A DNA stretch of 64,000 nt, from assembly GCA_045803545.1 (NCBI GenBank), contig JBJMOW010000002.1, positions 224,001-288,000 on the forward strand. The letters run 5' to 3'. Position 1 is the first letter of the stretch, and every line of letters begins with the position of its first letter. Below, piece after piece: positions 27,284 to 36,393 of the stretch. The position numbers and the translations under genes were made by a program. A model generated the notes under the pieces. That model was not told the origin of the DNA and made no database searches. It saw nothing but the letters and a program-made list of their open reading frames with translations. Origin of the DNA: Gemmatimonadaceae bacterium. Lineage in GTDB: Bacteria > Gemmatimonadota > Gemmatimonadetes > Gemmatimonadales > Gemmatimonadaceae.

Positions 27284-29032
27284 TTACTGCGCCGAGCTCG
27301 ACACCACGAGATCGGGATTTTCGCTTTTGTCTTCAGTCTGCCGCAAAACGCGATAGAGAACCTTTCCGATCTGAGTCTTTGGCAGCTCGGTTACGAATTC
27401 GTACTTCGCGGGCACCTTGTACGGCGCCAGCTTGTCGCGGGAAAAAGACTTTAGCTCGGCGGCGCTAACAGTCTGGCCGGGGCGGAGGACCACGAACGCC
27501 TTGACGACTTCGCCTCGCATCTTGTCCGGAAACCCAACGACGCCGACCTCGCACACGGCCGGGTGTGAAACGAGGACTTCCTCGATCTCTCGCGGCCAGA
27601 CCTGGTAGCCGCTGGTTTTAATCAGGTCTTTCTTGCGATCGACGATGAAGATGTAACCGTCGCTGTCGATGTAGCCGAGGTCGCCGGTGTACAACGCGCG
27701 CTCGCCGTTTTCGTCAGTGCGTAGCATCTCGCGCGTTTCGTCAGGTCGGTTCCAGTAGCCGCGCATCAATTGCGGCGCTCTGATGACAATCTCGCCGACC
27801 TCGCCGACCGCCTTTGGTGTGCGGCCGTCGTCAGAGTCGACGATTCGAACGAGCACGTCGGGCAGCGGCATTCCGATGGAGCCGATCTTCTTGGTGCCCC
27901 GCACCGGATTGGCGATCACCGCCATCTGCGCTTCGGTAAGAGAGTAGCCCTCCACGATCACGCCGCCAGTGAGCTCCTCGAAGCGTCGCTTGGTTTCCGC
28001 CAACAGGGGCGCCGCTCCCGAGAAGCAGAGTTTGATCGAGCTGAAGTCGATCTTGCCCGAGCGAGCGGTCGGATGATTCATGATTCCGTTCAATAGCGTT
28101 GGCACGGTGCAGATGAACGTCGGGCGTACCTTCTTGATTTCTTCGAGGAGATCGCGAAGATCGCGCGGATTGGGTACGAGCAGAATCGGGTTGTGATTGA
28201 TCAGCGACAGACTCTGCAAACCGGTGTTGCCGTAGGTATGGAACAGTGGCAGCGGCATCATGATAGTGTCGGTCCACTCGTGCATCGCAGAGCGCAGCCA
28301 CACCTGGAGCTGCATGCCGGCGACGACCATCCCTCGATGGGTGCCCACGACCCCTTTGGGAGTGCCCGTGGTGCCGCCGCTCATCAGGATTGCGGATGGA
28401 TCGTCGGGCTTTGTGCTGACGACGGGTACGGGCGCCCACCGGTGGCGGCGCAGCATGCTCGACAAACGCGCGTCACCGTCTCTCAGGCTGATTCTTTCTC
28501 CCTCTTTCGCTTCCTTGAGCAGTGTGTAGCCAATGCGCAGGTGAAGCGGCAGATAATCCTTGATGCCGCTGGTGATCACGCGCTTCACCGACGTCTGGGT
28601 CTGGATCGATTTGATCTTCTCGTAAAACCGGTTGAGTACGACGACGGTCGTTGCGCCGGTAGCCTGCAATGCATCCTGCGTTTCGCGTTCGGTGTATGTC
28701 GGATTGAACGGGCACGCAATAGCGCCGATCTTCCACGCGCCGAATTCCGCAACGAGAAATTGAGGACAGTTCGGCAGGCAAATTCCCACGCGATCACCGG
28801 CAGTCACGCCGATGGCGTTCAATGCTGCGGCAAACGCATCACTTTCCCGGTCAAGCTGCCGGTAGCTGATCGTCGCACCTTTGAACAACAGGGCGGGCCG
28901 GTCGGGCCACTTTGCCGAGGCCTCGCGCAAAAAATCGATCAGGGTCCGGTCCGGATAAGGCTCGAGCGACTGCGGGACGTCTTGGTCGTAGCTCGCGAGC
29001 CATCGTGTTTCCGTCATCGTATCCTCCGTCAT
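27284..29032 (-). CDS. long-chain fatty acid--CoA ligase (AMP-binding)
   Basis: MSGGTTGTPKG, EGYSLTE, YTGDLG, DRKKDLIK, PKTQIGK. Confidence 0.9.
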   Translation of the reverse strand: MTEDTMTETRWLASYDQDVPQSLEPYPDRTLIDFLREASAKWPDRPALLFKGATISYRQLDRESDAFAAALNAIGVTAGDRVGICLPNCPQFLVAEFGAWKIGAIACPFNPTYTERETQDALQATGATTVVVLNRFYEKIKSIQTQTSVKRVITSGIKDYLPLHLRIGYTLLKEAKEGERISLRDGDARLSSMLRRHRWAPVPVVSTKPDDPSAILMSGGTTGTPKGVVGTHRGMVVAGMQLQVWLRSAMHEWTDTIMMPLPLFHTYGNTGLQSLSLINHNPILLVPNPRDLRDLLEEIKKVRPTFICTVPTLLNGIMNHPTARSGKIDFSSIKLCFSGAAPLLAETKRRFEELTGGVIVEGYSLTEAQMAVIANPVRGTKKIGSIGMPLPDVLVRIVDSDDGRTPKAVGEVGEIVIRAPQLMRGYWNRPDETREMLRTDENGERALYTGDLGYIDSDGYIFIVDRKKDLIKTSGYQVWPREIEEVLVSHPAVCEVGVVGFPDKMRGEVVKAFVVLRPGQTVSAAELKSFSRDKLAPYKVPAKYEFVTELPKTQIGKVLYRVLRQTEDKSENPDLVVSSSAQ

Positions 29033-29156
29033 CGAGCTGCGTGGAGCAGAGTCAACTGAGGTTGTAAGCTTTCGACTAACGATGCGCTAGCTTCAAGGGA
29101 ATCGCAGTACGTCATGCGACGTAGCACTGCTCGTTCTAACTCCAGCCGACCGCCAA

Positions 29157-30115
29157 ATGACAGAGATAACTGGAATCCACCATATAACGTGTATCTCGGG
29201 TGCTGCTCAGGACAACGTGGATTTCTACGAGGGCGTGCTTGGAATGCGCCTCGTCAAAAGGAGCGTCAATCAGGATTCGCCTGGGACGTACCACTTGTTC
29301 TATGCGGATAACGAAGGACACCCCGGTAGCGACCTGACATTCTTCCCCTGGCCAGAGATGTCGCCCGCCAAGGCGGGAGCGGGCTTGGCGATGGAAGTGT
29401 CACTCGCTGTTCCACTCGGCAGCATCGACTACTGGGCGGATCGACTCCGCGACAACCACATCGAAGTAGGCGAGGTCGAAATAAGACGCGGAACTTCCGC
29501 GTTTTCATTCGCCGATCCTCACGGCCTGCCGCTCGCGATCCACGAGACCAGTGATGAGCGTGAATTCACGGCGTGGCCCGGTAGTCCAGTGCCGATCGAA
29601 AAGCAAATTCGTGGATTGCACACCGTGAGGCTTTGGGAAAGCGACCTCGCGCTGACGTCTGCTTTTTGACTGGCGTGCTCGGTTTCGTGAATATCGGCAG
29701 CGATGGAGGTTGGACCGGGTTCGAGGTCGGCGGCGGCGGGTCAGGACGGTATGTCGAGATTCGCGAAATTCCCGACGGTGCGCGCGGGCGATGGGGAGTG
29801 GGTGGCGTGCATCACGTCGCCTGGCGTGTCCCGGATGACGAGACGGAGCTCGTGGTGCGCGAGAAAATCGCGCGCGCGCATCGTCGTCCGACAGAGGTGA
29901 TCGACCGATTCTGGTTCAAATCCGTTTACTTCCTCGAGCCGGGTGGCGTGTTGTTCGAGATCGCCACCGACGGACCTGGCTTCGCGATTGACGAAGACCC
30001 GGCGACGCTCGGTGAACATCTCGTGTTGCCGCCCTGGCTGGAGGAGCACCGCGGCGAGATCGAAGCAGCGCTGCCTCCGATCAAGCCGCCGGTTCACTCG
30101 GCTTCGCGATCCTAG
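29157..30115 (+). pseudogene. ring-cleaving dioxygenase (MhqO-like VOC), frameshifted or sequencing error
   Basis: N half (GIHHIT, RLVKRSVNQD, YHLFY) and C half (GVHHVAWR, IDRFWFKSVYF, FEIATDGPGF) in different frames, joined at the T5 run 29663-29667. Confidence 0.8.
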
Positions 30116-30118
30116 TTC

Positions 30119-30625
30119 TTAGCGGGTGCGCGTTCCGGTCACATTGAGTACGAGTACGGAGTCGGCCGTCTTCGTCGTGTAGTGGGCAGTGGTCGGTCCG
30201 ACCAAATCGCCGTTCTGAAGACGTAGCACGCCGGCAGTTGATACCTGCACACCCTTGCGACGGACGCTTGCGTACGGCGCTGCGCTGATCACGATGCTGT
30301 CGCCGCTCGCAGATACTTGCACCGGCATTGGCTTGCGGCCGGGGAAGGTAAGCGTCCATCCCGTCTGGCTGTTCGTCGCCGTCATCACGTAACTCGTGCC
30401 GGTTGTGTCGCTGCCGCTTGTCGGTACCGCTCGCATGTTCCACGTTCCGGCGACATCAGCGAGGTTGATGTTGGCTGGCGCCGGCGCGGCGCTCGTTGTC
30501 GATGCCGTTGTCGACGCCGAACTGCTACTCGTGTCTATGGCTGCGTTGTCTTTCTTGGCGCAGGCTGCGATGAGAAATGCGGAGCAGGTGAGCGCTGAAC
30601 GCGTGATGCGGTACGACGCGAACAT
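30119..30625 (-). CDS. hypothetical lipoprotein
   Basis: GGAGG RBS, lipobox IAAC, Ser/Thr linker, beta-rich domain. Confidence 0.7.
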   Translation of the reverse strand: MFASYRITRSALTCSAFLIAACAKKDNAAIDTSSSSASTTASTTSAAPAPANINLADVAGTWNMRAVPTSGSDTTGTSYVMTATNSQTGWTLTFPGRKPMPVQVSASGDSIVISAAPYASVRRKGVQVSTAGVLRLQNGDLVGPTTAHYTTKTADSVLVLNVTGTRTR

Positions 30626-30754
30626 GTAGCCTCCGTGAAGGATAGACGCGGCCGCTGCGGCCGCTCTACAGCACGGCGAACGTACGTCCATCCCGGAGAC
30701 GCTGCAAGCATCAGCGTCATTGCAGTTACATAAGCTTTTTCTTACGACGTACGA

Positions 30755-31453
30755 CTAGTTGCGAACGTCTCTCAGTGCGGCGCGCAGCTCGTTGGTAATG
30801 AGCGTCGATGAGTAGTCTATCAGCTCATTGAGCGCATTCTGGAAGTCACCAACTCTCACGCTGCCCAGTGTGCCGGCTGCAATCACGGATCCTGGAATTG
30901 GACTGGATGATTGGACATAAGGCGTGAGGCGATCGCGTCCATGAACGTTGACGTTCCAGATCTCGCGGCCAGTGCGGCGGTCGATCAGCACCGCTTCCGC
31001 GAATGTAAACAGATAGGTCGCTTCATCAGCCTTGGCGTTGATGCCGAAGCGCTCCATACGAACTTCCATCAAGTAATCCGCCTGGTTCTCGTCCGTGGTC
31101 GGACGCGTGCCGAGGTAGCGGCTGGCGCGCTGCAGAGTGCGCTGAGCGAGCACGGTTGGGATGTCGATTCTCGCCGCGGCGCTATCGAGGCGCGCTTTGG
31201 CCCGACGACCCTCGCGCTCACGCGCTATGTCCGCCGCGCCGCGGACGACTGCCTCGAGCGGATTCTGAGAGTTGCCCAGGTCGTAGTAACTGGTGAGCAA
31301 CTCAGGTGCGGGCGGAGCTATGTACACCACTGCCAGCGTTCTATTGGTGAACGGATACTCAGCGAGGTGGTGTCCGCCGCCGCACGCGACGAGTGACGAG
31401 GCGATTGCTGTAACGGCGACGACCCGCAGGCCGATCGACTTCGAAATAGTCAT
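30755..31453 (-). CDS. hypothetical lipoprotein
   Basis: Signal with LVAC lipobox; 232-aa ORF. Confidence 0.7.
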   Translation of the reverse strand: MTISKSIGLRVVAVTAIASSLVACGGGHHLAEYPFTNRTLAVVYIAPPAPELLTSYYDLGNSQNPLEAVVRGAADIAREREGRRAKARLDSAAARIDIPTVLAQRTLQRASRYLGTRPTTDENQADYLMEVRMERFGINAKADEATYLFTFAEAVLIDRRTGREIWNVNVHGRDRLTPYVQSSSPIPGSVIAAGTLGSVRVGDFQNALNELIDYSSTLITNELRAALRDVRN

Positions 31454-31590
31454 CTGATTGTCCCTGACCGATGTATACGACGACGCCGATCCGCTTTTAG
31501 AGGATCGGCGTTCTTCACGGCGCCGAAACGGTGCCGTTCGGGTTTGTTATTTAGACGACAGGAACGGGATGGCGGTTACGCGTTTTTGGC

Positions 31591-32961
31591 TTATTTGCCC
31601 GTTCCCTTGTAGACGACTTTCCAGATCCGCCCGCCTTTGTCGTCGGTGATGTAAATGCCGCCGTCGGGCGCCTGCGCCAGTCCGGTGGGTCGATGAGCAG
31701 CGGCATCGGGCTGCTTATTCGCTCCAGCGAAACCGTCGGCAAAGACCTCGGATTTCGATGGGTCGGTCGGCTTTCCGCCCGAATACGGAGCGAATACCAC
31801 GAAGTAGCCCTGCTGGGGACCTGGTGCCCGGTTCCACGACCCGTGGAACGCGATGAACGCTCCGCCTTTGTAGTGCGCCGGGAACATTGACCCGTTGTAG
31901 AACATCAATCCATCGGGCGCCCAGTGCGCTCCGAAGTACGCCTCCGGCGCCTTCTTCGATGAGCATTCGCCGACTGCCTTTCCACCATCACCGCCGTACT
32001 CAGGCGCGAGTACGAGCTTGGCCTGTTCGTTATCGAAATAACAGTACGGCCACCCATAGTCGCCGCCCTGCTCAATTCGGAGGAGCTCTTCGGCCGGGAG
32101 ATTCTGTCCCTGAGTGCTGTTGTAAAGTTTCGGCCAGTTGTCGTAGAGCTGATCGCGTCCGTGCTGAGTGGAGTAAAGCTGACCGCTCGGATCAAACGCG
32201 ATTCCGACCGCGTTGCGAATTCCAGTCGCGTACCGCCCGGCCGACGAGAACCGCTGGTTGGTTTTGTTCGCATCGTATTTCCAGATGCCGGCGCGCGTGT
32301 GCAACTCGGGGCAGCCCTGGCGTCCCGGCGAGTTCAAGGTGCGGTTTTGGACCTGACACGAATTCGTCGCCGATCCGACATCCATGAAGATGTTGCCGCT
32401 GCCGTCGATGACGAACGGATGCATTGGATGGTCGCCGTTCGCCGGTAAACCATCTACGACGACCTGCTCGGCTGCTGTCGGCGTCATGCTATCGGTGGAG
32501 ATCGCGTAACGCGCGATGCGTTTGCTCGCAGTGTCGCCTTCCTCTGCGTAGAGAGCGCCCTTATAAAAACCGATTCCAGTGCCGCCGCCATTGTGTTGGG
32601 ACGCATCGGGACCAAACCGGCGGATTATGTCTGCCTTTCCATCGTTGTTGGTGTCACGCAGCGCAACGATGAACCCGCCCGGATGTGTCGGGCCCTGGAA
32701 ATAAGGTCCGCTCCAGGTGTTGACGTATACGTCGCCATTGGAGTTGACGGCGATGTGCCGCACATGCCCTACAGTGTCAGCAAAGATCACCGCGCAAAAA
32801 CCGGCGGGCAGGGTAATGCCACCGTTGTCAGTGGCGCACGCAGCATTGCTGGTTGCAGTCGAGGACGATGTCTGAGTGTCTGAGGACTGGCTGTTCTCAC
32901 TCTTGCTGCAGGCAATAAACGCCAGCAGCGTGATGCTGCTGATCCAACGCGTGGCTTGCAT
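31591..32961 (-). CDS. PQQ-dependent sugar (glucose/sorbosone) dehydrogenase family lipoprotein
   Basis: FIAC lipobox; ATGIRNAVG, HGRD, DYGWPYCY, FHGSWNR, RPTGLA..PDG. Confidence 0.85.
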   Translation of the reverse strand: MQATRWISSITLLAFIACSKSENSQSSDTQTSSSTATSNAACATDNGGITLPAGFCAVIFADTVGHVRHIAVNSNGDVYVNTWSGPYFQGPTHPGGFIVALRDTNNDGKADIIRRFGPDASQHNGGGTGIGFYKGALYAEEGDTASKRIARYAISTDSMTPTAAEQVVVDGLPANGDHPMHPFVIDGSGNIFMDVGSATNSCQVQNRTLNSPGRQGCPELHTRAGIWKYDANKTNQRFSSAGRYATGIRNAVGIAFDPSGQLYSTQHGRDQLYDNWPKLYNSTQGQNLPAEELLRIEQGGDYGWPYCYFDNEQAKLVLAPEYGGDGGKAVGECSSKKAPEAYFGAHWAPDGLMFYNGSMFPAHYKGGAFIAFHGSWNRAPGPQQGYFVVFAPYSGGKPTDPSKSEVFADGFAGANKQPDAAAHRPTGLAQAPDGGIYITDDKGGRIWKVVYKGTGK

Positions 32962-32981
32962 CCGGTTGCTCACGATAAAGG

Positions 32982-33254
32982 TTAGCGTCGAGACGGCACT
33001 CGGCGTCCACTCACTGGGCCGAGATCGATTGTGAGGGCAAGCACCAGTCCGACGATGGGCCAAAACGTCCAGTGGCCGCCAAACCAGTTATGGACTGCCG
33101 AGTACCACAGGAGTGTGGTCGGGAGAAATACGAAGCCGACGACCGGCCAGAGGATGTTGTCGAAGACACCGCGGAACCAGTGAGTAAAGAACCATAGCAA
33201 CGCGACGACTAGCCGCGGCGTCGCCAGAGCCAGCAGGGTCATGAAACATGGCAT
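32982..33254 (-). CDS. small membrane protein
   Basis: Hydrophobic 90 aa, PRL...FLPTTLLWY; co-oriented in operon. Confidence 0.7.
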   Translation of the reverse strand: MPCFMTLLALATPRLVVALLWFFTHWFRGVFDNILWPVVGFVFLPTTLLWYSAVHNWFGGHWTFWPIVGLVLALTIDLGPVSGRRVPSRR

Positions 33255-33257
33255 CGG

Positions 33258-33677
33258 TCAGGATCCCCCGCGCGAACTGCGCTTCGAAGTTGAGCTGGAC
33301 GATCTGAAAAACCCGGTTTCTCCCGCTTTCAGCCCGGCGACTGCCGGCCCTTCACCAACAGCGCTTTTTTCCGCATTGATCGTGCGAGGCGCTGCGACAA
33401 GAAAAACGGCCCACATTACAAGCGGCGGCAACGCCAACAAGAGCGCGACGGACAGTAATGAAGTCGAGCCTGAGTAAGTCGTGATTCCGTCCTGTATCAC
33501 GGTGGCGTTCAGGCGGCCATCACCGAATGCTGCGTTGACGTTCCCTTTGCCCGGACCTGCCTGGGTCACACGCCATATTGCGGAGATCGCCGGTGAAAGT
33601 CCGACGACGATCAATGCCAGCCAATAGGCCGACCAGGCTAGCAGAAGATTTCTAACGCGAAACGGTCGACGTTTCAC
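33258..33677 (-). CDS. hypothetical membrane protein
   Basis: Two TM segments; overlaps upstream gene. Confidence 0.6.
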   Translation of the reverse strand: MKRRPFRVRNLLLAWSAYWLALIVVGLSPAISAIWRVTQAGPGKGNVNAAFGDGRLNATVIQDGITTYSGSTSLLSVALLLALPPLVMWAVFLVAAPRTINAEKSAVGEGPAVAGLKAGETGFFRSSSSTSKRSSRGGS

Positions 33678-33927
33678 TTCGTTCGGCTAACAGTTTAGCT
33701 GAGAATCTCTGGGCTTCGGCGATGCGCTCGACCTCGACGGCGATGGCGTCAACCGACTGTTGTAACAGGTCGAAGCGTTCCTGAAATGCGAGTACGTTCG
33801 GTGTCTCGCGCGGTGTTGGCTTCTTTTGAATGCCGCGTATGAATGCGACGGTGATTGCGGAGAGGGCGCCCACCAATCCGACTATGATTACGGCGACAAC
33901 TGCAAAGTTTGCTACGTCAGGATCCAT
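33652..33927 (-). CDS. hypothetical single-TM coiled-coil protein
   Basis: GAGGA RBS; VDAIAVEVERIAEAQRFSAKLL motif. Confidence 0.75.
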   Translation of the reverse strand: MDPDVANFAVVAVIIVGLVGALSAITVAFIRGIQKKPTPRETPNVLAFQERFDLLQQSVDAIAVEVERIAEAQRFSAKLLAERSETSTVSR

Positions 33928-33957
33928 CTCATCCTCAAAAGGCGTTTCCTGAATACT

Positions 33958-33983
33958 TACGCAACAGACACTCGATGGTTTCC
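33958..33983 (-). promoter_or_regulatory. ECF sigma (SigW-like) promoter
   Basis: Minus strand GGAAAC-N16-CGTA, 30 nt upstream of ATG 33927. Confidence 0.6.
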
Positions 33984-34009
33984 GCTTGTCGGGTCAAGTT
34001 AGTGGAATA

Positions 34010-35161
34010 ATGGCGAATCCGCGTGGGTACGATGTAATCGTCATTGGGCTTGGCGGGATGGGAAGCGCCACTCTCTTCCATCTCGCCCGTCGTGGTGTGC
34101 GCGTCCTCGGTCTGGAACAGTACGAGCCGCGCCACGATCGCGGTTCGTCGCATGGCGACAGCAGGATCATCCGCGAGACTTACTTCGAGCATCCGTTGTA
34201 CGTTCCGCTCGTTCGGCGCGCTCACGAGTTGTGGCGTGACCTGGAGACGGCGAGCGGCAAGTCGTTGATGACGATCAACGGCGGCTTGATGATCGGTCCG
34301 CGCGAAGGCAGCGTGGTGGTTGGCACGCTGACAAGCGCGCGCGAGCATGGATTGCCGCACGAAATTCTGTCGGCTGACGAAGTAAAAAAGAGGTATGCGC
34401 CTTTCGAAATCCCCGGTGATGAGATCGCGGTCTTCGATCCACGTGCGGGCTATATCGATCCAGAGAACTGCTCGCAGGCACATCGCGAGCTTGCTACGGC
34501 CGCCGGGGCAGAGAGTCGTTTCACGGAGCCAGTGGTTTCATGGAGCGCTAAGGGCGGGCGCGTCAAAGTCGTTACCCGAAGCGGCTCGTTCGAGGCGGAG
34601 AAGCTTCTCATCGCCGCTGGTTCCTGGACCAATTCGCTGGCGGCGGACGTCAGCATCCCGCTGGAGGTGGAGCGTCAGACAGTATTCTGGTTCGATCCAC
34701 CCGCGCCTCGCGTCGATTACGAATCTCGCCGCTTTCCGATCTACGCTTATGAGTTCAAGCCAGGCGTGATTTGCTACGGCTTTCCCGAGTTGGCGAAAGG
34801 CGTGAAGGCGTCGGTGATGCACGATGGGAAAATCGCGGCCGCGCCCGAAACTGTCGATCGAGTCGTTACGGAGACCGATGTTGCGCCGCTCCGAGCCGCG
34901 TTAAGCAAAGTGCTGCCATCTCTCGCTCGAGCTCCGGTGCGTGACTCGACGACCTGCATCTTCACCAACACGCCCGATCACGATTTCGTGATCGACTTCC
35001 ATCCAGCCTACCCCAACGTTCTGATCTCGTCGCCATGCTCCGGCCACGGCTTCAAGTTCGCGAGCGCGATCGGCGAGCTGCAAGCGGATCTGCTGACAAC
35101 GGGTAGATCGCGGTTCGATTTGACGCCGTTTCGGATTGGGCGATTTCGGACTGCGGACTGA
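34010..35161 (+). CDS. solA: N-methyl-L-tryptophan oxidase / monomeric sarcosine oxidase
   Basis: GLGGMG FAD motif, GSSHGDSRIIR, CIFTNTPD, CSGHGFKF. Confidence 0.88.
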   Translation: MANPRGYDVIVIGLGGMGSATLFHLARRGVRVLGLEQYEPRHDRGSSHGDSRIIRETYFEHPLYVPLVRRAHELWRDLETASGKSLMTINGGLMIGPREGSVVVGTLTSAREHGLPHEILSADEVKKRYAPFEIPGDEIAVFDPRAGYIDPENCSQAHRELATAAGAESRFTEPVVSWSAKGGRVKVVTRSGSFEAEKLLIAAGSWTNSLAADVSIPLEVERQTVFWFDPPAPRVDYESRRFPIYAYEFKPGVICYGFPELAKGVKASVMHDGKIAAAPETVDRVVTETDVAPLRAALSKVLPSLARAPVRDSTTCIFTNTPDHDFVIDFHPAYPNVLISSPCSGHGFKFASAIGELQADLLTTGRSRFDLTPFRIGRFRTAD

Positions 35162-35356
35162 ACTGATAACTGCCGCGCTGGTAGCTGATAGCAGCTGGCT
35201 AATAGCTATTCGCTGCAAGCGACGGGACAGATCACGCTAGAATCAGAGGACAGGCGTTGTGTTCGCCTTTATGCCATGAGATCTGTCCCTTTGCAGGCAG
35301 CCTATAGCTATTAGCCTAGCTGCTATCAGCTACCAGCGAGGTAGTTGCAGTCCGAA
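35145..35356. repeat. about 210-nt imperfect inverted repeat with heptamer periodicity
   Basis: 35176-35209 pairs with 35304-35338 (34 bp, one bulge); gggacagatc/gatctgtccc; ttcggactgc/gcagtccgaa. Confidence 0.85.
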
Positions 35357-35360
35357 GTGG

Positions 35361-36218
35361 TTAGAAGTTCAACTTGCTGATGTAGTCATAGTCTCTCCTC
35401 ACGCTATCGATGGGCGCCGCCGGGTAGGTCTCCTGCTCGACGTAGAGGTGCTTCTGGTCGATGTTGTCGATCATCGCGAACAGGCGCCGGAAATTCACGA
35501 CGCCTTTGCCGAGCTCGACGTCGTGATCGGCGGGGATGCTCGGCGCGTCCTTGATGTGGAACAGCGAGTAACGCGGTCCGTATTTCTGCATGTACTCGAG
35601 CGGGTCCTTCCCCCCGACGGCGGCGTTGCCGGTGTCGAGCTGCAGTGCAACCACAGCCGGGTCGGCCCGCTGCACGAAAACATCGTACGGCGTTGTCCCA
35701 TTGATGTTGCGGAAGTCCCAGGCTTCATCATGGAAGCCGATGCGGATGTTGCTGCGCAGGGCTCGCGCGCCGGCTTCGTTGAACCGATCGGCCCAGCGCC
35801 GATAGTCATCGAGACCGAGCTTCTCGGCGTCGGGCAGGCTGGCCACGATCAGGTACTGATGCGCGAGGATTCGCGCCGCTTCGATCTGCGGCTCGAGGTT
35901 GTCGAAGATCCCCGGCTCGACGTGCGTCGACGGTGCAGCCAGACCGTTGCGATCGAGAATGGCGCGCAGCTGCGCGGGCGGCATCCCGAAGTTGTTCATC
36001 GAACTGAGCAACTCGACCTCCTTATAGCCGGCTCTCGCGATGTTGACGAGCGTGCCTTCGAGATCGCGGCGCGCATCATCACGCAGGGTGTAGAGTTGGA
36101 TTCCAACCTTCTTCAGCGTTCGTCCGCCGACCGCGCTACCGGCACCTGACGAAGCGCAGCCGACTTGCGCTCCGACTGCTGCGAGGCCGAGCGCTTTTAC
36201 GAATTCCCGACGTTTCAT
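35361..36218 (-). CDS. sugar phosphate isomerase/epimerase (TIM barrel), Tat-exported
   Basis: MKRREFV signal; GIQLYTLR, QLDTG, FHIKD, VEQE. Confidence 0.85.
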   Translation of the reverse strand: MKRREFVKALGLAAVGAQVGCASSGAGSAVGGRTLKKVGIQLYTLRDDARRDLEGTLVNIARAGYKEVELLSSMNNFGMPPAQLRAILDRNGLAAPSTHVEPGIFDNLEPQIEAARILAHQYLIVASLPDAEKLGLDDYRRWADRFNEAGARALRSNIRIGFHDEAWDFRNINGTTPYDVFVQRADPAVVALQLDTGNAAVGGKDPLEYMQKYGPRYSLFHIKDAPSIPADHDVELGKGVVNFRRLFAMIDNIDQKHLYVEQETYPAAPIDSVRRDYDYISKLNF

Positions 36219-36393
36219 TGCGTTTCTCCTAGGTTCTGGTGGGCGTCCAGGGCAAACCCTGTAGGGTTATTGAATCCGGAATACTTCGCGTCGCATCCTC
36301 TTCCTATCGGTTATGGCCAGGGCTTACGATATTCTCCGCCGGCGGGCACTCGCAAGACACCACCTAATCGCAGCCGAGGGCTGGGAGACCGGA

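Noticed and set aside
27281..27286. thrS and acyl-CoA ligase stop codons abut with no spacer
   Set aside because: Common for convergent genes in compact genomes; nothing further supports a function
29667..29669. TGA in the dioxygenase as selenocysteine, given selA nearby
   Set aside because: The rest of the protein is in a different frame, so read-through would not restore it
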